Positions 1 through 13,859 of a stretch of 64,000 bases of DNA are shown in pieces (position 1 is the first letter of the stretch; each line of letters opens with the position of its first letter). The DNA comes from Eledone cirrhosa (Eukaryota): assembly GCA_964016885.1 (NCBI GenBank), contig OZ024741.1, positions 218,426,001-218,490,000 on the forward strand, read 5' to 3'. The position numbers were made by a program, and so were the translations under genes. The notes beneath the pieces were generated by a model that was not told where the DNA came from, made no database searches, and saw only the letters and a list, made by a program, of their open reading frames with translations.

Positions 1-862
<862 letters not shown>

Positions 863-864
<2 letters not shown>

Positions 865-1277
865 GTGGGAAAGTGAAAAATCGGAGAATAGACCGTTAAA
901 ACATGTTTATTTAAAATATCACCTACGTACGTTTCGCCCAGTTGGGCTTCTCAAGGGCATAGACAATCACAAGTGTTCCTTATATAGTTCCGAACTATAT
1001 AAGGAACACTTGTGATTGTTTATGCCCTTGAGAAGCCCAACTGGGCGAAACGTACGTAGGTGATATTTTAAATAAACATGTTTTAACGGTCTATTCTCCG
1101 ATTTTTCACTTTCCCACGTGCTTACGCTCTGCTAACTCTCTAGCCCACTAAATATTAACACTTTGAATATTTAATACTGCCGGCACTAGTATCGAGCACC
1201 TTTGGCATACGCTACTTGGCAAATAACTATATGTATCACCTATCCCTCTTTTTTTTCTCTCTTTCTCGATACGTAAA

Positions 1278-1280
<3 letters not shown>
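863..1280 (+). mobile_element. Non-coding PLE pLTR-like element; 863-1119 is a near-perfect palindrome (128-bp arms)
   Basis: Arms mirror around 991 with one G/T mismatch; contains an HHR motif; flanked on both sides by (TA)n. Confidence 0.75.
1021..1065 (+). ncRNA. Type I hammerhead-like motif with U3-A8 core variant (mirror copy on - strand at 917-961)
   Basis: cc TTGAGAA gccc-aact-gggc GAAA cgtacg TA gg; palindromic stem III ACGTACGT; stem I weak. Confidence 0.65.
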
Positions 1281-1344
<64 letters not shown>

Positions 1345-1574
1345 CATATATATACATATATATATATATATACATATATTGTATTTTATTGAACCATTTA
1401 ATTGCCTCGTTAGTGTTGCCCCATAAATTGATTTCTAGTTTACCCTTTATTTGTGCGATTACCCTATCTAGAATGTTCTTGCTAATTTTACCTATGTCTG
1501 ACTTGGATGGGCATATTAATCTAATGGTGGGATTAGTTTCAAAGTTATTGTTCTAATTGAATGCCATTACTACT

Positions 1575-1968
1575 TCATATAGTATTTATCCAACATTTCG
1601 GCAGCATGCAGAATCCGACTAAATATACCATCAACCACACACAATTAGTAGTAAAATTAAACACAAAGAAACGAACGAGAAAGAAATTCAGTGGCGGAAA
1701 GAGGTGATAGGAGGAGACAAAGGGAAGGAGAAAACACAGAGGAAAAGGAAAGAGGTACATCTTCCTTTATAAGTAGGGGTTTACCCTATCTTATTCGGCA
1801 AGTGGGGTGTTTCGGCCCTAATCTACCCACCCGGATCGTTAGGGGTCTAAGGGCGAGATAAGTCTTCCGCAATCTGTGTTTGCATGCAGTTACCAGTTCG
1901 TCTTTTTTGTTTAGGAGTTGATCCTTCGTAAACAGCATTTGTAATGTTTCCTCCGAGCATAAGTTACA
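1575..1968 (-). mobile_element. PLE 3' fragment: C-terminus of GIY-YIG endonuclease plus 3' region
   Basis: ORF 1786..2028 contains CNLCSEE...LLNKKDELVTACKHR, matching the CxLCxxE...LNxxxEL...CxH end of PLE endonucleases and the end of the 24153..24878 ORF. Confidence 0.75.
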
Positions 1969-2038
1969 CTCTACTAGCCTAAGTATTGAATACTCTGGTG
2001 CGTTATGGTCCATCTGGTTCCTTATCACAACTCATTCG

Positions 2039-2040
<2 letters not shown>
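1963..2040 (+). mobile_element. PLE-type terminal segment, reverse-complement homolog of 21799-21880
   Basis: ctctactagcctaagtattgaatactctggtgcgttatggtccatctggttccttatcac matches the reverse complement of 21800-21875; abuts (TA)n. Confidence 0.7.
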
Positions 2041-2100
<60 letters not shown>

Positions 2101-2323
2101 GTAGTAGTAGTAGCAGTGGTGGTAAAGATAGTAGTCGATGTTGTTCTGGTGGTTTCGATAGCAATCATCATTATATAAGATGTGTTATAATAGAGAAAGA
2201 TGGCACTATAACAGTCGGCATTGTGTACACAGAGTTTCTGTTTTTAGATGATGAGGCTTGTGATTGGCGGCTTCTCGTGGGTGGTGGGCGACTACTGAGT
2301 CTTCTTCTTGTATGACATATACA

Positions 2324-2680
2324 CAGTAGCTAGAGAGGCAGGCCAAAACCGGCCAGCCAGACCATGGTGTCATTTGCAGCATTATGGATTTCCTCTAGGG
2401 CGCCGGAAAAACGTCTGAGGGGGACAATCCCGAACAACATGCAGTACTCTCTGGTCTGGGTACCCACAGTCACATGTTGGGCTGTCTTTCATTTTCCATC
2501 AACGGAGATGATGAGCTGTTCTTCGATAGAAAAGAAAACGATAGGCCAACATGTGACTGGGGACCCAGACCAGTCAGTGTTGCATGTTGTTCGGGATTGC
2601 TTCCTCAGACTTTTCTCCGGCGGCCTAGAGGCAATCCATAATGCTGCAAATGACACCATGGTCTGGCTCTCTAGCTACTG
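2324..2680. repeat. Inverted repeat, ~135-155-bp imperfect arms with ~65-bp spacer
   Basis: agccagaccatggtgtcatttgcagcattatggatt...cagtcacatgttgg (to ~2480) recurs reverse-complemented at 2547-2680. Confidence 0.85.
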
Positions 2681-2789
2681 GCAGCTACTCTCTACTATTG
2701 CAGATCCAATTAAGTGGCTGATGTGTGAAGGAGGGTGTAACAACATCTAGTTGACATGTCCCTCACACATGCAGTCATCATATCGAGCC

Positions 2790-2916
2790 CCCAATACTTA
2801 ACTGGTACTTTATTACATCGACTTCGGAAGGATAAAAGGCAAAGTTAACCCCAGCGTAACTAAATGTCACAAATCATTTGACCCGATGCTCTACTGATTC
2901 TAGCAATCCACCGCCC
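2790..2916 (-). mobile_element. tRNA-derived SINE (Meta-domain-like family), internally deleted
   Basis: ctggtactttatt...aggataaaaggcaaagttaacc...caatccaccgccc matches the copy at 11538. Confidence 0.8.
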
Positions 2917-3353
2917 TCATGTGAACGGACGAAAATAATGATTTAGCTTTCTTTAATTTTGATCTTCATCAGCGGAAAGCTGAAGATTTTAACGACTGAG
3001 AAATATTTTAAACGTTCTTATACAGCAGATAATTAAAATAAAAATGTTAGTTAATTAATCTAATTTAGTCTAATTTAATGGAATGTTTAGCTCATTATAT
3101 TCTCCAGTTATCCACTGATTGGAACAATATAAGTACTGTTATAATTATCTTAATTAACAAAAGACACAGTAATCTCTTGCGTAATTCTTGTCGTTTTTAT
3201 AGTTCTTTTAACCAGTTTTAGATGAAAACACTTGAAAACTTCCCTGGTTCTACGTTAGAAAACTGTTTTAAAGGGTTTATATATTCCTAAAAACATTCAA
3301 TCATAGTTTTACATAAGAACCTTTAAGTTACATTTCAAACACCAGCTTAATAA

Positions 3354-3501
3354 TGTTTCTACTTTTGACAAAAGGCCAGCAATTATCCCAGTGCATTACT
3401 GGTACTTTATTTTATCAACCCCGTAAGGATGAAAGGCAAAGTTAACCTTGGCGGGATTTGAACTCAGACTGTAAAGGGCCGTAACTCCATGCTGCAAAAC
3501 A
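3354..3501 (-). mobile_element. Same SINE family, 5'-truncated, with probable TSD agcttaataatg
   Basis: B-box region gggatttgaactcag and central domain present; flanking direct repeat near 3344 and 3508. Confidence 0.85.
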
Positions 3502-3557
3502 TACACTAGCTTAATAATGAGAAAGTTATATTACTAAATCACCCCAAAATCTTGATT

Positions 3558-3845
3558 ACATTGGTCAACACACTTTTCGGTCACTTAGGTTTTGTTGTTT
3601 TTAGCTAATTTTGAGATGTTGATTTCATATGTGGCATCCATTTTCCCCTAACACATCAGATTTTCCTATCCCATTAACACAGGAAACACGAATATTTTGT
3701 ATACCCTCCTTGTTGGCCAAGTGGAAATTTGACTTGATAGAAAAACAGTATTGTCATTTTAAAACTCAGTGATCCCAAAATTACTCAACAACAGATCTCA
3801 AACTTAGGTCAGCAGAAACAAAATCAAAATTTTGTTGACCAGTGT
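3558..3845. mobile_element. MITE-like DNA transposon relic with 13-bp TIRs
   Basis: acattggtcaaca ... tgttgaccagtgt (one mismatch). Confidence 0.55.
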
Positions 3846-3907
3846 GCTATCTCCTGTAGCTAAGGGTGGGGCCAATATAGACCAGCCCATAGATAAAAAA
3901 CTTGACG

Positions 3908-4350
3908 TATATATAATATATATAAAGCTGACGGCCGTATGTAACACACTTTTCGCCAAACGGCTGGACCAAAAAGCACCAAATTTGCACCATAGATGTA
4001 ACTTTTTCCAAGTAAGAAAGTTAGTGAATTTTTGTCTTCTAAATTTCGTTAAAAGATTAAAAATATTTTATCGTTTATTTAAATATTCATTTCTTTAAAA
4101 TTTTCAAATGTCAACACTTCCGGTTATACGACATTCCTCTCTCTATCTTAGTCTGTCTTTTTAGATAGATACATAGCTATAACGTCGCGCCCTTATATGT
4201 CTCTGTTTGTCTGGCTGTCTGCATTAGATACATAGCTATAACTTCGCACGCTTATAATATCTGTCTGTCTGGCTGCCTGTCTGCATTAACTTCGCTTCTA
4301 ACCAACTTTTAATTAATTCAGTGCAAAGATACCGCACGCCCTCTCAATAA

Positions 4351-4435
<85 letters not shown>

Positions 4436-4733
4436 GTAATAATTATAATTGTGAAGACTAAAATCCAAAGAGGGCTAGATAAAGATAAATATATATCAAA
4501 TATATAAGAACCCTAGAGCAACTAATGTTCTCATTGCTGACGTATTATCTTCGTTTTTTTCCGTTCATTGCCAGGGAATGTCTTGACGAACCAAAGTATC
4601 GTCTTCCTGTTTTCCTTCGGTTGCAGCGTTTTTCGAAATATTTACTTCCGCGTTCACAGATTGATTTTTTTAGTTTCAGAAGATCCCGTTAAGGGTGAAA
4701 GCAGCGATTCTTTGCTTAAACTTTAATCTGTTA

Positions 4734-4772
<39 letters not shown>

Positions 4773-5458
4773 ATATTCGTGTACAGATATTTTTGCATAC
4801 ACAAAAACAAAATATAGACAAACGTATTTATTTCACGAAAGCACAGACGGCTTATCGTCATTGTTACTGCCGATATGCCACCCAAAAAGTCCCAGCCTGG
4901 TCGCAAGATCAGATTTTCCGGAAGAAAAAGTGTTACTAGAGCAACAGAGAGACTAAGCTTCGCGATTACCATCAACAAAACTCAGGGTCAAACCCTTAAA
5001 ATGGCTGGCTTTCATCTGGGAAAACCATGCTTCTACCATTCTGTCAATTGTATGTTGGATGCTCTAGGATGAGCACTCCAAACAATCTCTTCATCTTTGC
5101 CCCCGAGAGCCGAACAAAATATATTGTATACTCTGAGGCTCTAACAATGTAATTTATGTATTTTCTTTTACTTGGAATTTCCATTATGTTTGTACAAATT
5201 ATTGTAAAGTTTGTTTAAAAATGTGTTCTCTGTTCAGCCTTTATCGTTGTAACTATCAATTTTCTTTAACGTACTGGCTGCTGAACTGGGGAATCCTAAA
5301 AACTATTCAAACCTAACATCAGAGCACGTTAACCCCCCATCCCACCCTCGCTGACTTGAGAGGGCGTGCTGTATCTTTGCACTGGAGTGGAGGGTGGATT
5401 CCTGAAAAGATAAAATGCCGGTATACCTAGCCGACCGCCAGCCGGATGGGCCAGCTAG
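3908..5458 (+). mobile_element. Deleted and interrupted Helitron (putative 5' region, helicase C-terminus, CTAG 3' end)
   Basis: Helitron-like 5' motif aaacggctggacc...aaatttg near 3960; helicase fragment at 4945-5152; GC-rich stretch ending CTAG|T at 5455-5459. Boundaries inferred. Confidence 0.5.
4945..5152 (+). pseudogene. PIF1-family helicase C-terminal fragment (Helitron RepHel), frameshifted
   Basis: RLSFAITINKTQGQTLKMAGFHLGKPCFYH, then QLYVGCSR...IVYSEAL in shifted frames; matches the FAMTINKSQGQ...HGQLYVAxSR motifs. Confidence 0.85.
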
Positions 5459-5462
5459 TAAT

Positions 5463-6845
5463 ATCATCATCATCATTTCACGTCCGCTTTTCCCTGCTTG
5501 CAAGGGTTGGACGGGTCCCATTCAGCAGAGCATCTCTCCACCCGTCACGGTCCTTCGTCATCTCCTCCGTGAGTTTCAGCAATCTGAGGTCTGCTCTCAC
5601 CACCTCCGCCCATGGTCTTTGTGGTCTACCTCTACTACGTCTTCCCTCCACTGGGACTTCCTGGCACTTCTTCACCCATCGGTCATCCTCCATGCGCATC
5701 ACGTGTCCATACCATCTCAGCCTTCTCTCCTGCACACCACAACTTATCCCTCTTATACCCAGTTTCTTTCTCAACTCGTCTATGCTTGGTCGTTCACGCA
5801 CATTGACATTGCACATCCAACGGAGCATATTTGCTTCATTTCTCTCCAGCCGTAGAATATCTTCTGCAGTTGCTGCCCATGTCTCAGTACCATGCAGCAT
5901 CGCATATCTCACACAGGCATCATATAACCGTCCTTTCGTACGCAGGGAGAAGCCATTCTTTGTCAACAGAGGGAGCAACTCCCTAAACTTCTTCCAACCC
6001 GTCCTTATTCTAGATACTATGGCCTGGGAACACTCCCTCCCATGCTAATTTGATCAACTAGGTACCGGAAGCTATCAACCACTTCTATAGAACCCACCTG
6101 CATTGGAAAAATGAGTCTATCACTGCGATTACTACTGCCAACTTTCCCTGTACATCTACTGCATACGTAGTTTTCCCTACCTGTTAGTTTGCCTACTAAC
6201 CAACTACATCTCTTGTGTACTGCATTGTGAACATTTTATTGAATTTATGCCAGTTCTTTTCCTACATATCGAACATGGCCATTTCCCTGATGGAATCGAA
6301 GTATTGTCCTCTCTTCTACTTATCAACGCCTTTGTTTTAGCTATGTTCACTCTCAGGCCTCTTGATTCCAACTGCTGTATCCATAGCCAGAATTTATTCT
6401 CTAGCTCCTTTACTGATTCTGCTATAAGAACCAGATCATAAGCAAAAAGAAGTTCCCATGGGCATCCAGTCTTAAACTCCTCCGTTATGGCTTGGAGGAC
6501 TATAATGAAGAAGAGTGGGCTGAGGACAGAACCTTGATGTACACCTACTTGTATCTGGAATTCTTCACTAAACTCCATTCCTATTCTCACTTTACTGACA
6601 GCACCCTGTACATAGCTTGCAATGTCCTCACAAGCCATTCCTCGACACCTAGTTTCCTTAGGGACCACCAGATGACAGATCGGGGTACCCTATCAAAGGC
6701 CTTCCCTAGGTCAACAAAAGCTAACTATAGTGGCTTATTCTTCTCTAAGAACCTCTCTTGTAGTTGCCTCACTAAGAAGAGGGCATCTGTTGTACTTTTC
6801 CCAGACACAAAACCAAACTGCATCTCATCTAAATTGACCCTTTCT
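5463..6845 (-). mobile_element. RTE-clade LINE, 5'-truncated and disrupted (RT plus C-terminus, (TGA)n tail)
   Basis: VGVHQGSVLSPLFFIIVL...ELLFAYDLVLIAES; Cys-rich insert WPCSIC; RRLRWYGHVMRM...GRRSRGRP; (ATC)n at 5463-5475. Confidence 0.95.
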
Positions 6846-6920
6846 CTATATATATATCGCCGCCGAAATACGATCTCGCTGAAATTATATTTGTATAATA
6901 TATATATATATATAAAGTCT

Positions 6921-7689
<769 letters not shown>

Positions 7690-7693
<4 letters not shown>

Positions 7694-8815
7694 CAAATAA
7701 CGAAACGAAATTAAATTTCGTTTCGCTTATATATATATATATATATATAAGATGAATATAAAATGAAAGTGCTTTTATAAAGTAATTTATTAGGTATTGA
7801 CATATGTTTCTGTAACAGACAGAATACCTATGTATTGCTGCTTGCGTAATCATATAATGATAGCAAGTATTCGATAGCAAATGTATAATCAGTTGTCACT
7901 TCTTCGGAGATATTGGAAAAAATCAGAAAAATTGAAGTATTTATATTAGTTGTAAGAAGAGAGGGGATAGTATATGACAGATGGCAATTCAATTTACTGG
8001 TAAACAAGTATATAGAAGGTTTTTAATGAGAATACAATGAGTATATGGCTTATTTTATCTAAATAAGAATTTTTGGGAGTGCCTATTTTAATCTATACTT
8101 GACCAATTGAACAATGGACAGGGATGGTCGTTTGGTGTAGTAGTATTAATAGATATAAAGTGTCAATTAAGGAAGAGGGATATTTTCACTGCTACTGTAT
8201 CACAACAATGCTGGTAGCCTGCTGGTATATGCATTAGGGAATTGAATTAAGAAATCTCATTTTATCTATAGCAGTTTATATTAAATAGAAGAGTTGATAG
8301 AATTAAGACTAATAGAGAATGTTAATATGTATTTTGACAATCAAACGGAGATGGAGACAGGCGTTCAATCCTGGTAGCGTTTGTAATATGAAAATGTAGA
8401 TTTCAAGCGATGGTTACAGTATAACGATCGCTCTATTCTGTTATTTAATAAAATATTTTTGGATTTCATAATACAAAATAATTCCATATTACACAATTTA
8501 CAAAGTTCCTGTCCTTGGATATGCAGGGGTAGACACTATTATATCCCATTTTAGGTTAAATTGTTGGTTATTTTCGCGCAGCTGCCAAGCCTTGTCTGCG
8601 AGTGTTGTTACATAACGCTGATTTTCATGTTTTATCGAGTAACGATGTCTATAAAGGCGAGATTTGAAGGAGGTAGCTGTAGACCCCATATAGTACCACT
8701 TCTGGCTACCCGATTCGATAGTACATTTGTATATGATGTTGCGTTCAAGACGCTGATTGTTCAACGGACACATTCCTGGTTGGACACAGTTTCAGTTATA
8801 ATATTGCATTGTTGT
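7690..8815 (-). mobile_element. PLE 3' fragment: GIY-YIG endonuclease (Naiad-type motifs) plus AT-rich 3' region
   Basis: CPLNNQRLERNIIYKC...YYMGSTATSFKSRLYRH...TTLADKAWQL...WDII; CKLCNME follows after a frameshift. Confidence 0.85.
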
Positions 8816-8823
8816 ATTGCCAT

Positions 8824-8882
<59 letters not shown>

Positions 8883-9081
8883 TACGTACATACATATATG
8901 TGTACAGACGTACAGTAGTATGTATATATATACATACATGCACACATATATATTTGCACGTATAGGTTTACCGAACATTTATTATAATGCTTGGTTTGTT
9001 TGTTTGTAAACAAACGGCCCGAATTACACCGTACAGTGTTTAGGCAACCACGTCACCTTTTTGTTCAACACTGACACAGGA

Positions 9082-9124
9082 ACGATGTACTAGTTTCAAG
9101 CTTATTAGCTATCGTCAGCATCGT
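9082..9124 (-). ncRNA. Minimal type I hammerhead
   Basis: acgatg CTGACGA t-agct-aata-agct-t GAAA ctag TA catcgt. Confidence 0.9.
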
Positions 9125-9598
9125 ATACCTTTCTGCCAGATGGTTGAACGTCTGAAAGTATATACTTTCCTTATGCATATTAACGGCTGAGCAGCCTAAT
9201 ATGCATATCGAGTGAGTTTAGTCGGCTGAGCGCACCGAAAACGATAAATGGAATAGAATGAAACGAAATTTCATTTCTCACTCTTAGTACGGCAGTTACT
9301 TAAATGTAAGTATGTATGTATGTATACGTACATACATATATGTATACAGACGTACAGTAGTATGTATATATATACATACATGCACACATATATATATGCA
9401 CGTATCGGTTTACCGAACATTTATTATAATGCTCGGTTTGTTTGTTTGTAAACAAACAAACAGCCCGAATTACGCCGTACAGTGTTTAGGCAACCACGTC
9501 AGGCAACTCACTCGATATGCAAATTAGGCTACTCAGCCGTTAATATGCATAAGGAAAGTATATACTTTCAGACGTTCAACCATCTGGCAGGAAGATAT

Positions 9599-9641
9599 AC
9601 GATGCTGACGATAGCTAATAAGCTTGAAACTAGTACATCGT
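9599..9641 (+). ncRNA. Minimal type I hammerhead
   Basis: acgatg CTGACGA t-agct-aata-agct-t GAAA ctag TA catcgt. Confidence 0.9.
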
Positions 9642-9955
9642 TCCTGTGTTAGTGTTGAACAAAAAGGTGACGTGATTGCCTAAACACTGTACGGCGTAAT
9701 TCGGGCTGTTTGTTTGTTTACAAACAAACAAACCGAGCATTATATTAAATGTTCGGTAAACCGATACGTGCATATATATATGTGTGCATGTATGTATATA
9801 TATACATACATACATACGTACATTTAAGTAACTGCCGTACTAAGAGTGAGAAATGAAATTTCGTTTCATTCTATTCCATTTATATATATATATATATAAG
9901 TATGTATGTATACGTACATACATATATGTATACAGACGTACAGTAGCATGCACAA

Positions 9956-10007
<52 letters not shown>

Positions 10008-10168
10008 ATATATACATACAGGTACACATACATATATGCACGCATCAGTTTAGCGGACGCTTATTATAACGCCGCTTTGTTCGTTTGTAAACAAACTGAA
10101 CAGCCTGAATTTATGCCATACGGTGTTAAGGCAACCACGTCACCTTTTTGTTCAACACTGACACAGGA

Positions 10169-10211
10169 ACGATGTACTAGTTTCAAGCTTGTTAGCTATC
10201 ATCAGCACCGT
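10169..10211 (-). ncRNA. Minimal type I hammerhead
   Basis: acggtg CTGATGA t-agct-aaca-agct-t GAAA ctag TA catcgt. Confidence 0.9.
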
Positions 10212-10447
10212 ATACCCATCTGCCAGATAGTTGAACGTTTGAAAGTATATACTTTCCTTATGAAAATTAACGGCTGAGCAGCCTAATTTGCATATTGAGT
10301 GAGTTAAATCGGTCAGGCATACCGAAAACGATAAGTTGAAATAAAATGAAAACGAAATTTCATTTCTCACTCTTAGTATGGCACTTACTTAAATGTAAGT
10401 ATGCATGTATACGTACATACATATATGTATACAGACGTACAGTAGCA

Positions 10448-10491
<44 letters not shown>

Positions 10492-10574
10492 CACATACAT
10501 ATATACATACAGCCGTTAATTTTCATAAGGAAAGTATATACTTTCGAACGTTCAACTATCTGGCAGATGGGTAT

Positions 10575-10617
10575 ACGGTGCTGATGATAGCTAACAAGCT
10601 TGAAACTAGTACATCAT
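10575..10617 (+). ncRNA. Minimal type I hammerhead
   Basis: acggtg CTGATGA tagctaacaagctt GAAA ctag TA catcat. Confidence 0.88.
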
Positions 10618-10790
10618 TCCTGTGTCAGTGTTGAACAAAAAGGTGACGTGGTTGCCTTAACACCGTATGGCATAAATTCAGGCTGTTCAGTTTGTTTACA
10701 AACGAACAAAGCGGGCGCTATAATAAGCGTCCGCTAAACTGATGCGTGCATATATGTATGTGTACCTGTATGTATATATGAATGTGTATG

Positions 10791-10827
<37 letters not shown>

Positions 10828-10944
10828 GTGCATGCTACTGTACGTCTGTATACATATATGTATGTACGTATACATACATACTTACATTTAAGTAAGTGCC
10901 ATACTAAGAGTGAGAAATGAATTTTCGTTTTCATTTTATTTCAA

Positions 10945-11002
<58 letters not shown>

Positions 11003-11246
11003 TATTGAAATGTCAACTGGTGGTGACTACCTCCACACCAGATTAGTCTCTCAAGGCTGAAAGCTAGACCCAGAGGCATCAGGTACTTACCAGAATAAAG
11101 GGCTATAACTCTATGCCGCAAAGCATGTTATCCGACGCTCTACCGATATTAGCAATCCTCCTAAAAATAACGGGGCATATAAACACACATATGTGTCGAG
11201 TTGGAGTGGCTGGATGTAGAGTAAGCAAAGTGTGTAGAGATTAATT

Positions 11247-11433
11247 ATTGCTACTTTTGACACAAGGCCAGCCATTATCCTAGTGTATTACTGGTACTTT
11301 ATTTTATCAATCCCGTAAGGATGAAAGGCAAGGTTAACCTCGGCGGGATTTGAACTCAGACCATAAAGGGCCGTAACTCTTTGCTGTAAAGCATGGCGTC
11401 CGACCGTCTACCGATACTGCCAATCCACCGCCC
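11247..11433 (-). mobile_element. Full-length Meta-domain-like tRNA SINE with 20-bp TSD
   Basis: TSD aaagtgtgta(g/a)agattaatt at 11227-11246 and 11434-11453. Confidence 0.92.
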
Positions 11434-11537
11434 AAAGTGTGTAAAGATTAATTGAGCTCCACAATTAATCTATACTTGTTTCTCCTGTTTATTTCCCGTC
11501 CAGTTTATTTTACGCCCCGTTATTATTAGACATTTTA

Positions 11538-11722
11538 GGGCGGTGGATTGGCAGTATCGGTAGAGGGTCGGACGCCATGCTTTCCAGCATAGTTACGTCC
11601 CTTTACGATCTGAGTTCAAATCCCGCCGAGGTTGACTTTACCTTTCATCCTTACGGGGTCGATAAAATAAAGTACCAGTAATGCACTGGGTAATTGCTGG
11701 CCTTGTGCCTAACGTAGAAACA
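11538..11722 (+). mobile_element. Full-length Meta-domain-like tRNA SINE with perfect 19-bp TSD
   Basis: gggcggtggattggcagtatcggtag...gagttcaaatcc...cctttcatccttacggggtcgataaaataaagtacc; TSD gttattattagacatttta at 11519-11537 and 11723-11741. Confidence 0.93.
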
Positions 11723-11889
11723 GTTATTATTAGACATTTTATGAATATATAATTTTATATTAGACATATTTACTTGTGACGTATCACATATCACATTCTC
11801 ATTGCCTTCCCATTAATACAATATAAACCGAAATGGTGTTTTCTGATTTAGACATGTTCAACCACGGTCTTAATACAAACCATAATAAT

Positions 11890-12073
11890 TGACTCTACTT
11901 TTGGTACAACGCCAGCAATTATCCCAGTGCATTACTGGTACTTTATTGTATCGACGCCGTAAGGTTGAAAGGTAAAGTTAACTTCGGTGGGATTTGAACT
12001 CAGAACGTAAAGGGACATAACTCTATGTCACAAAGCATGTTGTCCGACGCTCTACCGATACTGCCAATCCACC
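11890..12073 (-). mobile_element. Same SINE family with 11-bp TSD
   Basis: accataataat at 11879-11889 and 12074-12084. Confidence 0.88.
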
Positions 12074-12084
12074 ACCATAATAAT

Positions 12085-12420
12085 AGTTTCTTATTTAGGC
12101 ACACGTCCAACAATTTGTGGGGAGGGGGTGGGGTGGGGGGTAATTAAATCTACCCCAGTGCATTACTGGTACTTTATTTCATCAATCCCATAAGGATGAA
12201 AGACAAAGCTAACCTCAGCGGGATTTGAACCGCAATAATACCCAACACTCTACGATTCCGTCAATCCAATCTTTCTTAAATTGACGTAAGTCAGCATATT
12301 TTGGAAGAAAGATTATAGAGTTTTAACCACACACTGGCCTCAGCATATAGCTGGTACTTGTTTTATTGATCATTCAAAAGACTGAAAATCAATGAGGACT
12401 CTAGCTGGATACGAACTCAG
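12085..12420 (-). mobile_element. Two older or variant SINE copies
   Basis: ctggtactttattt...aggatgaaag...gggatttgaac at 12166-12230; degenerate copy at 12340-12420. Confidence 0.7.
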
Positions 12421-12549
12421 CCAGTTGTTGACGTTGTTGTTACAGCTCACACCTATGCAGGTTTAGCTGGCCTCCTCCAAGGTATATCTCGTTGGAGGTG
12501 TCTTGGGTGATTTAATGATAGGGACCCCAGTCCTATCATCTCATTTCTA

Positions 12550-12680
12550 CAGCTGAGTAAACTGGAGCAACGTGAAATAAAGTGTCTTGCTCAAGGAAAC
12601 AACACATCACCCGGTCCGAGAATTGAACTCACAACCTTTCGATTGTAAGCCCAATGCTCTAACCACTAAGCCATACGCCT
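12550..12680 (-). mobile_element. Second-family tRNA SINE, 5' half
   Basis: cagctgagtaaactggagcaacgtgaaataaagtgtcttgctcaagg matches 7067-7110. Confidence 0.85.
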
Positions 12681-12707
12681 TAGTCAGCAACAGTTGGATA
12701 ATCTGTC

Positions 12708-12870
12708 CAGTGGTGGATTTAGGACAAATGAGGCCCTGTGCTAGTTACGTTATGAGGTGCCTTGCTTGAGCCCTGAAGGAAGTAAAACATTTTTGGCAGG
12801 AAGATGCCCCAACTGGCCAACAGAGTCCTGAGCTTAAGAACAACTAAGCACGTTGGTAAATCTGGGACTG
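12708..12870. mobile_element. hAT-like MITE relic
   Basis: TIRs cagtggtggattta ... taaatctgggactg; imperfect 8-bp TSD aatctgtc/tatctatc. Confidence 0.55.
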
Positions 12871-13859
12871 TATCTATCGCTATGAAGTGAAAAAAAACAC
12901 AAATAAATAACTTGAGTTTAAACTATATGAATGATCAAATTTGAAAATACGAGAGCCACAAGCGCAAAAGATAACTGCAATAGCTGTTGGCCACTATAGA
13001 TAATAGTTAAGAAAATTTCGTATATTACCCTTAGAGACGGAAAAGGGGTAATTTTCTCAAGTATTATCTATAGTGATCGGATGTTATTACAGTTATTTTC
13101 TACATTTGGGACTCTCACATTTTTAAATTACTTTATTTTCTACTAAAACCTCCTGAACGTTATTAATTATAAGTCTGGTTGTTTCAAATCTGTAATATCC
13201 TCGATCGTAATTGTTCAGTCGAATTTGAAATTGATGGAAAATTGGGATTAATTATTCCGTTTCTTGGTTGGATAAAGTTTCAATTAAACTGCAGGTTATG
13301 TAATTAAACTGATAATTACAGAATGTTCCCAAGTTAATAAAAGAACTTCTACATTGGCAGCAATTAATTTGGTCACCGTTTACTCCTCCGGGAGAAATAA
13401 GTTTAGATTAATAGTGGAGCACCGTCAACCTATATACTTTACACCGTCTACAGCCACACTCTCTACAGCCACGCTCTCTACAGTCACACTCGCTACAGTC
13501 TACACACTTTACAGCCACACTCTCTACAGCCACACTCTCTACAGTCTATACACTCTGTAGAATATTCTACATCCAGTCTCTACAGTCTATACACTCGGCA
13601 GAATATTCTACATCCAGTCTCTACAGATTACATACTCTCTAGTATATTCTACATATACACCCTCCTCTCTCCATCCACATTCATATTTCTACCATCACAA
13701 ACTTCTCTCTATAACCACACTCTCCCCTCTCTACACATAATACTCAGTAAGCTGCAATCTATACACTCTACATCTACACCCTCCTCTCACTACACATAAC
13801 ACCTATTAATCCACATCCTACAAACTCTACAACCACACTCTACGCTCTCTACAGTCACA

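Larger units (their letters stand above)
8855..9880. mobile_element. HHR-containing retrozyme-like repeat, subfamily A: ~1.4 tandem units followed by an inverted segment from 9501
   Basis: 8870-9055 repeats at ~9315-9500; 9505-9880 is reverse-complementary to the unit. Confidence 0.85.
9898..10946. mobile_element. HHR-containing retrozyme-like repeat, subfamily B: ~1.25 tandem units followed by an inverted segment from 10511
   Basis: Unit start repeats at ~10397; 10511-10946 is reverse-complementary. Confidence 0.85.

Noticed and set aside
1783-1848. Hammerhead on - strand (CTAACGA...GAAA)
   Set aside because: G5 is mutated and stems II and III do not pair convincingly; at best a relic
11538-11625. 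tRNA genes
   Set aside because: The A/B boxes belong to SINE heads with TSDs and no canonical cloverleaf
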